This document shows, piece by piece, positions 18,606 through 23,926 of a stretch of 23,926 bases of DNA; the first letter of the stretch is position 1; each line of letters begins with the position of its first letter. The stretch is from Alkalinema sp. RU_4_3. Lineage in GTDB: Bacteria > Cyanobacteriota > Cyanobacteriia > Leptolyngbyales > Leptolyngbyaceae. Where the stretch lies: NCBI GenBank assembly GCA_012031975.1, contig JAAUSA010000059.1, forward strand, positions 1 through 23,926. The letters run 5' to 3'. A program made the translations under genes and the position numbers. The notes below the pieces were generated by a model. It was not told the origin of the DNA. It saw nothing but the letters and a program-made list of their open reading frames with translations, and ran no database searches.

Positions 18606-18675
18606 GTGTAGAGTAGGAAGTGTAGAGTAGGAAGTGTAGAGTAGGAAGTGTAGAGTAGGAAGTGTAGAGTAGGAT
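18606..18675. repeat. Five tandem copies of the 14-bp unit GTGTAGAGTAGGAA (last copy ...GGAT), located upstream of the HsdR-N-like gene
   Basis: gtgtagagtaggaa x4 + gtgtagagtaggat, seen directly. The minus-strand ORF 18477..18695 is an artefact of this repeat. Confidence 0.9.
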
Positions 18676-18731
18676 GATGTTATCGCTTTACCCATCTTGT
18701 GTTGTTATATTAGCTCATCGACAAATAATTT

Positions 18732-19337
18732 ATGGCTTACAGCGATTTTAAGACGGTTGGCTCGGTTAAGGCGGCCTTTGGACTGACCACGATCGAATCT
18801 GTTCAGTTTCTCCCACAGGTGCCTCCAGTGGCTCCAGGTGAAATTCTGACGGCAGTTTTGGCGGAGAATTTACCGTTGGCGACGGCTAGTGGGAGTGAGA
18901 AGGCGCGATCGGAGTTGATTATCAGTCCTGTTTTGGTGGAGGTGAGGCGGCAGCTCGATCGCAAGATTGGGCTATTTTCTGGGGAGGATTTTACGGTTGA
19001 TCCGGAGGCAAAGCTGAGTGGACGGTGTGATTTTTTGATTAGTCGATCGATCGAACAGCTTGAGATTGAAGCTCCGGTGGTGGTGTTGATTGAGGCAAAG
19101 CAGGCAGATTTGAAGTTGGGGTTGGGGCAATGTATGGCTGAGATGGTTGCGGCTCAGCGGTTTAATCAAGCTAGGGAGAAGCCTCTTCCGGTGATTTATG
19201 GTTGTGTGTCGAGTGGGATTCTCTGGCGGTTTTTGAAGTTGGAGGGGACTGTGGTGACGATCGATCTGACGGATTATGCGATTACGCCTGTCGATCGGAT
19301 TTTGGGTTATTTGACGTGGATGGCGGAGAAGGGTTAA
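18732..19337 (+). CDS. Restriction-endonuclease-like (PD-(D/E)xK) protein that resembles the HsdR N-terminal domain family (HSDR_N-like stand-alone domain)
   Basis: 201 aa. RCDFLISRS...VVVLIEAKQADLKLG (D..EAK nuclease-core-like) and PVIYGCVSSGILWRFLKLEG match the pattern of the small cyanobacterial HsdR-N-like proteins from memory. Its codon usage (T/G-ending) differs from the core genes. Confidence 0.55.
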   Translation: MAYSDFKTVGSVKAAFGLTTIESVQFLPQVPPVAPGEILTAVLAENLPLATASGSEKARSELIISPVLVEVRRQLDRKIGLFSGEDFTVDPEAKLSGRCDFLISRSIEQLEIEAPVVVLIEAKQADLKLGLGQCMAEMVAAQRFNQAREKPLPVIYGCVSSGILWRFLKLEGTVVTIDLTDYAITPVDRILGYLTWMAEKG

Positions 19338-19352
19338 AACGAAATGGTGGGC

Positions 19353-19402
19353 GGTGGGTAATGCCCACCCTACGGTTGGATGGAAGGGTGGGCATTGCCC
19401 AC
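19353..19402. terminator. Two similar hairpins between convergent genes: GGTGGG-TAATG-CCCACC at 19353-19369 and GTGGG-CATTG-CCCAC at 19388-19402. They may be a bidirectional terminator or a small hairpin repeat.
   Basis: Stems read directly. U-tails are weak (aaattttgaa downstream). Confidence 0.35.
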
Positions 19403-19431
19403 ACAATTGCATGGCATTCTCAAATTTTGAA

Positions 19432-21069
19432 TTACTGTCTGATGATAGACCCTAAGCCTGGCGTATTATCTAATATTTGAATAAGATTGTGATGCCACAT
19501 GGCTGAAATTCTATCAGCACGGTCTATATCTGATGAAACTATCTGATTAATCTCAAGGTCTGACATCATTAGTTGTTCCCTTAAGCCAAGCCCAATGATT
19601 GAATTTAACAGTTTTCCTTGTCTGCTGGTATTTGACCCAGGACCTATTTCTACGTGAGCAACGATTGGATCGATGACGCTACTATGAATGCCGTTTCTCA
19701 GAATTTCTACAGTGTTAGTCACGACATCTGCGCCCTTGAAATATAATCCGGCAACAATTTGAGGCGAGATCCAAGAGCCACGACTAATACAGCTCCATAG
19801 TTCTTGTTCGATCGCCGTGGATCTTTCTTGGAGTGTCAGATAAGAAATAAGTGCTGCTATATGATAGCGCCAATTGTCGGTAGCCAAAAGCCTGAGAGTA
19901 TCTTCGGTCCATGACTTTTGCAATGGCAATTTTGATAGCTCAATAACTGATTTATGGGCTTTATCTACGGCCCCGCCAAGATGAAGCAATCTGAAATAGC
20001 TTGTATCTCTGTAAAAGAGATCATAGCAACCGGAAGCGATAGAATTCATAGGGGTGGCAGTTGCTACATTAATATCTTCAAACTGTTTCATCAGGTCCTG
20101 AACATGGGGATTCGATGTGCCGTAACTGACGATCGCAACATCCAAATCAATATTTCGATACAAGCTCAAGGCACGGTAAATGGCTTTCATAATCCAATCG
20201 GTTTCATTGCCAAAGGCCCCACCGCCGAGAAGCGTTAGAAATACTTGGTTGTTGCCCGTTTTCTTGGCGTTGAGGATAGCGGAGCAGATTGTGGCTTCGT
20301 AGGATGCTTCTAAAATTAACTTGGCAAAACTGGCCCATAGCGATCGGGAATAGGCAGTATAGGCCACAGGTAGCGCGGAACAGTAGGCTTGAGAAACAAA
20401 GTGCTGAACATTATCGAGGGTCACTTCTGTATCCCATTGGATGCCAATGCGTAATTGCTGACGCAGTTCATCACGTTCGGTTTCATCAAGGATTTGCAAG
20501 TGACTAGAAATTTCAGCTAGACCATTTGAGGTAGGCAAAACATAGCCATTTTGCATTCTCCACAGATGGCCATCGGTATTGCCTAAAGCAGCACCAAGGT
20601 CGGCGAGACAGTCTACTTGATTGTTGGCAGATTGACCCATTTGGCCGTTGACGGGGGCAAAGTAGTTGCGATAGATGGTGCCTGCTCCAGCAGCGATCGC
20701 ACAAGCAGGTCCTTGGGTCGGGTCATTGTCATAGATGCCGATGCCCTGCTCAGGCGTGACGTTGGGTGAGACCATTTCTAGGAGATTGAATTGGGAGGCC
20801 ACTTGGAAGAGGGCATTGGCGTTGGCCGGATCGGTGTGGAATTTCTGGATGTTGCCCCTGACCTCACGTAGGGATAGCTCACCGGGTTGAGGGCCACTGG
20901 CTTGGACCCGTTTTCTCAATTCGGCTAGGGATGGTGTTTCTAGGTGACCGCAGGTGAACGTTTTTCCATTGACCTGGGATGTCAGTGCGGTGCCGTCGAT
21001 CGCAATGTTCCTATGAACTTGCTGGGGAGACTGTTCTGGAAAACCTGTCAGTGCTTCAAACCAATCCAT
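19432..21069 (-). CDS. Orphan 545-aa protein of unknown function, likely two domains. The N-terminal roughly 330 aa carry Gly-rich loops GPACAIAAGAGTIY and LLGGGAFGNETDW, reminiscent of macro/PARG-like or SLOG-like nucleotide-binding folds. The C-terminal roughly 200 aa are unassigned.
   Basis: Long clean ORF, low GC (about 45%), no HIP1-type codon bias. The motifs were noted by eye only and no confident family assignment is possible. Confidence 0.6.
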   Translation of the reverse strand: MDWFEALTGFPEQSPQQVHRNIAIDGTALTSQVNGKTFTCGHLETPSLAELRKRVQASGPQPGELSLREVRGNIQKFHTDPANANALFQVASQFNLLEMVSPNVTPEQGIGIYDNDPTQGPACAIAAGAGTIYRNYFAPVNGQMGQSANNQVDCLADLGAALGNTDGHLWRMQNGYVLPTSNGLAEISSHLQILDETERDELRQQLRIGIQWDTEVTLDNVQHFVSQAYCSALPVAYTAYSRSLWASFAKLILEASYEATICSAILNAKKTGNNQVFLTLLGGGAFGNETDWIMKAIYRALSLYRNIDLDVAIVSYGTSNPHVQDLMKQFEDINVATATPMNSIASGCYDLFYRDTSYFRLLHLGGAVDKAHKSVIELSKLPLQKSWTEDTLRLLATDNWRYHIAALISYLTLQERSTAIEQELWSCISRGSWISPQIVAGLYFKGADVVTNTVEILRNGIHSSVIDPIVAHVEIGPGSNTSRQGKLLNSIIGLGLREQLMMSDLEINQIVSSDIDRADRISAMWHHNLIQILDNTPGLGSIIRQ

Positions 21070-21197
21070 GGACCCCTCTTGATAATTGGCGATATTCTCA
21101 TGTTAGACGACAGAACCAGATTTATGACATGAACCATTACCTCGGGACTTCTGGCGATAGCTTGCTGCACTATTATCCATCAGAATGATGCAGGAAT

Positions 21198-21230
21198 GCG
21201 ATCGCTCACCTCTAGAAAATGAGCGATCGC
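21198..21230. promoter_or_regulatory. Inverted repeat of two HIP1-containing 11-mers (GCGATCGCTCA-N11-TGAGCGATCGC) in the divergent promoter region between the 545-aa gene and the astacin gene
   Basis: Read directly. Confidence 0.4.
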
Positions 21231-21478
21231 CTGGAAATCACCGAACTATCACAGTCTTACACAAACTGAAAATCACAGGGGATCGAACCGTTTGGCTGTT
21301 TTGAACTACACTAATTAGAACACTACTAACAAAAATAACTGTATCAATGATGTTATCGCTATCTCTGTCATATAGATATCGTTACTAATATCAAAATTTA
21401 GTCAACTATAGCATCGCTATACAAGGTATTATTGCCACTGTCACCGTAAATCAATAGTGATAATTAAGACAAAGATGT

Positions 21479-21526
21479 CGTACGGCTTTTGGGCTGTTTA
21501 AGCGTACGGCTTTTGGGTTGTTTAAG
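21479..21526. repeat. Tandem duplication of a 24-bp unit (CGTACGGCTTTTGGGCTGTTTAAG x2) upstream of the astacin gene
   Basis: Read directly. Confidence 0.8.
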
Positions 21527-21630
21527 TTAGGTTACAAAACCAGATACATTCCACAATTCTCTTACTATGGGGGAATGAACATACTTCTGTTCCTATTCTT
21601 TAAATAAATATTTCAGAGGTTGACTACGCT

Positions 21631-22983
21631 ATGGCATTACAGAATGAACCTAGTGATCAGAACCAATCTGCGTCCGACAAAGCCAATCTTGCTGTTTGGT
21701 TTCGCACATCGGCAGAAGAGCCAAAAGTAGGATTTATTGCGGGAAATACGTTTGACCTAAAGGAAGTCACGTATTCTGCGATCGATGGAGAAGCTATATT
21801 TGAGGGTGACATCTCCTTCGGATCCGTTGAAGAGATGGAAGCGCTGGCAGAAAATGTCCAGCGTGGTGAGTTTGGCGTGGGCCTCACTGGAGGGCAATTT
21901 CGATGGCCGAATGGCCTCATCCCATACGAGATCGATCCAAGTCTTCCGAATCAACAGCGTGTTATCAATGCTATTCAACATTGGATCGCTAATACACCAA
22001 TTCGATTTGTGCAGCGCACAGCGGCTAATGCTGCACAATTTCCCAACTATGTACGCTTTGTCGATCGCAATGCCTGTTTTTCTCAAGTAGGTATGCGTGG
22101 AGGTATGCAGGAAATTTCCCTAGGACTGGGATGCAGCACGGGTTCTGCTATCCATGAAATTGGCCATGCCGTTGGATTATGGCATGAACAAAGTCGAGAG
22201 GATCGCGATCGCTTTGTCCGCATTTTGTGGCCGAATATTGCAACTCAGATGCGCCACAATTTTGACCAGCATATTGCTGATGGGGATGATATTGGTGCCT
22301 ATGACTTTGGCTCAATTATGCATTACCCATCGAGTGCGTTCAGTGTCAATGGACAGCCTACGATTGAAACGATCGGTGGACAAGCCATTGGCCAACGGAC
22401 AGGGTTAAGTGCGGGAGATATTGCTGCAGTTCGGGCAATGTATGGTGTTGGCTGGGAATCGCTTGGCGGTGTGCTGAGTTCTGGTCCTGATGTATGCTCC
22501 TGGGCTTCTGGGCGACTGGATGTGTTTGTCCGAGGCACGGATAACGCCCTTTATCATAAGTGGTTTGATGGGGGTTGGTCTGACTGGGAGTCCCTTGGCG
22601 GTGTGCTGACTTCAGATCCAACCGCTGTATCCTGGAGCAATGGCAGAATTGATGTGTTTGTCCGAGGCACAGATAATGCCCTTTATCATAAGTGGTTTGA
22701 TGGGGGTTGGTCTGACTGGGAGTCCCTCGGTGGTGTACTGAGTTCTGGTCCTGATGTCTGCTCTTGGGCTCCAGGGCGACTGGATGTGTTTGTCCGAGGC
22801 ACAGATGATGCCCTTTACCATAAGTGGTTTGATGGGGGTTGGTCTGACTGGGAGTCCCTTGGTGGTGTGCTGACTTCAGATCCGAGTGCTGTATCCTGGA
22901 GCAATGGCAGAATTGATGTCTTTGTGCGGGGTACAGATAATGCACTGTTCCATAAATGGTTTGATGGGGCCTGGCGACCTTAG
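21631..22983 (+). CDS. Astacin-family (M12A) zinc metalloendopeptidase zymogen without a signal peptide, fused to four tandem 44-aa Trp-rich lectin/beta-propeller-blade-like repeats
   Basis: HEIGHAVGLWHEQSREDRDRF is the astacin HExxHxxGxxHE zinc motif and SIMHY is the Met-turn. The N-terminal FEGDIS matches the astacin pro-peptide aspartate-switch motif. The N-terminus MALQNEPSDQNQSASDK has no hydrophobic signal. The C-terminus has 4 x (WESLGGVL.S.P...SW..GR.DVFVRGTD.AL.HKWFDGGWSD). Confidence 0.85.
   Translation: MALQNEPSDQNQSASDKANLAVWFRTSAEEPKVGFIAGNTFDLKEVTYSAIDGEAIFEGDISFGSVEEMEALAENVQRGEFGVGLTGGQFRWPNGLIPYEIDPSLPNQQRVINAIQHWIANTPIRFVQRTAANAAQFPNYVRFVDRNACFSQVGMRGGMQEISLGLGCSTGSAIHEIGHAVGLWHEQSREDRDRFVRILWPNIATQMRHNFDQHIADGDDIGAYDFGSIMHYPSSAFSVNGQPTIETIGGQAIGQRTGLSAGDIAAVRAMYGVGWESLGGVLSSGPDVCSWASGRLDVFVRGTDNALYHKWFDGGWSDWESLGGVLTSDPTAVSWSNGRIDVFVRGTDNALYHKWFDGGWSDWESLGGVLSSGPDVCSWAPGRLDVFVRGTDDALYHKWFDGGWSDWESLGGVLTSDPSAVSWSNGRIDVFVRGTDNALFHKWFDGAWRP
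22453..22980 (+). repeat. Four tandem 132-bp DNA repeats (copies 1/3 and 2/4 nearly identical, i.e. a duplicated 264-bp pair) encoding the 44-aa blade-like repeats
   Basis: Near-identical DNA seen directly at 22453-22584, 22585-22716, 22717-22848 and 22849-22980. The minus ORF 22358..22945 is an antisense artefact. Confidence 0.9.
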
Positions 22984-22992
22984 AGATCCAAA

Positions 22993-23051
22993 CATCACGA
23001 TCCCTGCCCTTAAATATTTTGGCGGTTAGGGATCGTGAGAAACGTGATGTT
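22993..23051. terminator. Imperfect inverted repeat (AACATCACGATCCCT ... AGGGATCGTGA-gaaac-GTGATGTT) just after the astacin stop codon. It is a possible terminator or regulatory hairpin.
   Basis: Read directly. The loop is large and the U-tail poor. Confidence 0.3.
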
Positions 23052-23089
23052 CTCGGATTGCCACTATTCCTAACTTTGGATCACCAATC

Positions 23090-23449
23090 ATGTCCATGCA
23101 ATGTCTTGTAGAAGGTGAGATTGCATTCGAGAATACAGGTGCATCATTTGTGGGTGCAACAGCCTATATTCGCCTTGAGGCTGCTAATCAAACTGATGCG
23201 GCATCCAGCATTATTGCTGAGCAAGTTATCCCAGATGTCTCCCATGAAGCAGGAGATTCTCAAACGCTAATCATCAGATTGAGTGGCCAGATTCCCAATG
23301 AAAAGACAAGCTGTATTGTCACAGTCCATATTGATGTGGATGGAGATAGGCAAGTGAGTCAAGGTGACTATATCAACATGGAAAGTTACCCAGTCATAAC
23401 CTATGGTCATCCTCAGCAGATCTCAATATCTGTCCGGCAAGTTAGGTGA
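23090..23449 (+). CDS. Hypothetical 119-aa protein encoded immediately downstream of the astacin gene. It may be a cognate partner or inhibitor; this is speculative.
   Basis: Complete ORF with the same strand and low-GC composition as its neighbours; no signal peptide. Confidence 0.45.
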   Translation: MSMQCLVEGEIAFENTGASFVGATAYIRLEAANQTDAASSIIAEQVIPDVSHEAGDSQTLIIRLSGQIPNEKTSCIVTVHIDVDGDRQVSQGDYINMESYPVITYGHPQQISISVRQVR

Positions 23450-23531
23450 AAGATAAACTGGGCCTCGGATGGTGAACAGCTATCTTTGTTCTGCTGGATG
23501 CGGTTATAATGGCTAAAATTATCTGTAAATC

Positions 23532-23697
23532 CTAGAGAAGACTCTTCCGGTGATTTATGGTTGCGTGTCGAGTGGGATTCTCTGGCGGTTTTTGAAGTTG
23601 GAGGGGACTGTGGTGACGATCGATCTGACGGATTATGCGATTACGCCTGTCGATCGAATTTTGGGTTATTTGACGTGGATGGCGGAGAAGGGTTGAG
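23532..23697 (+). pseudogene. Orphan 3-prime fragment (last roughly 55 codons plus stop) of an HsdR-N-like gene. It is about 97% identical to 19172..19337 and forms a roughly 165-bp direct repeat around the 19.34-23.53 kb block.
   Basis: Base-by-base comparison shows 3 substitutions (tgtgtg/tgcgtg, cggatt/cgaatt, taa/tga). Identity begins at ...CTCTTCCGGTGATTTATGG and ends at GGCGGAGAAGGGTT. There is no upstream homology or start codon. Confidence 0.75.
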
Positions 23698-23926
23698 GAC
23701 TTCTGGAAAATTTTCCTACCTCTCCAAAATCTGTTGATAACACTGTTGGCAATTCATGACTCCTTAGGTGAATTCAGTCATTGATGATAGTGTTGTCTGT
23801 TAGAAGCACGGTCTGTTTGTTTACAGGTTTTGAGAGTTTGGATCATATTTGTTTGAGGGGAAAGATAATTCGGGGGGCCCTTTCCCCCCGCAAAAGAGCG
23901 CTTTCTGGGAGGACGTTACCGCCGTC

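Noticed and set aside
18477-18695. Minus ORF 18477..18695 and ORFs 18138..18329, 17849..18097
   Set aside because: 18477..18695 is generated by the tandem repeat arrays. The others are antisense to the 17903 gene, or short with no signal.
18972-19480. Minus ORF 18972..19412 and plus ORF 19202..19480
   Set aside because: Antisense or overlapping frames of the HsdR-N-like gene and the hairpin region.
21657-22945. Minus ORFs 21657..21920, 21757..22086, 22323..22538, 22358..22945, 22612..22821 and plus ORFs 21785..22090, 22154..22408
   Set aside because: Shadow frames of the astacin gene. The 195-aa minus ORF is periodic only because it overlaps the 132-bp DNA repeats.
23864-23890. GGGGGG-N-CCCCCC hairpin near the window end
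   Set aside because: No U-tail and no adjacent gene end in view. It cannot be interpreted this close to the window edge.

Overview
This window reads as cyanobacterial chromosome. HIP1 octamers (GCGATCGC) occur throughout and the core genes are GC-rich with C-ending codon preference. The core (about 3.9-17.6 kb) carries recognisable housekeeping or conserved genes: an O-antigen-ligase-family membrane protein, a YaaW-like protein, a FAD oxidoreductase, nirD plus a frameshifted nirB (NAD(P)H nitrite reductase), a large flotillin/SPFH protein that is also frameshifted near its C-terminus, a Uma2-family endonuclease, pcyA, a Ser/Thr kinase, ispH and a signal-peptide protein.

Both ends of the window are lower-GC and look accessory. 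The left end (1-3.9 kb) holds a two-partner-secretion / filamentous-hemagglutinin-type exoprotein that runs off the window and has a frameshift in a G/C tract. Upstream of it sits a Cys-rich 140-aa protein whose upstream region carries five 16-bp tandem repeats. A truncated, frameshifted copy of an HsdR-N-like PD-(D/E)xK gene is also present here.

The right end (17.6-23.9 kb) begins with an AT-rich region that includes an 18-bp perfect palindrome, followed by a small membrane protein and two short-tandem-repeat arrays. Next is an intact HsdR-N-like gene, followed by a roughly 4.2 kb low-GC block whose two ends are about 165-bp direct repeats; the distal repeat is an orphan 3-prime fragment of the same gene family. 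Inside that block are a 545-aa orphan protein with no family I can name, a signal-less astacin-type metalloprotease zymogen fused to four 44-aa tandem lectin/propeller-like repeats, and a 119-aa protein of unknown function. I rate this block as the most likely candidate for an undescribed system.

Three genes (nirB, the flotillin, the FHA exoprotein) show single-base-type frameshifts, all in short G/C runs and two of them next to HIP1 sites. Sequencing error therefore has to be excluded before calling any of them a pseudogene. No rRNA, tRNA or CRISPR array was recognised.
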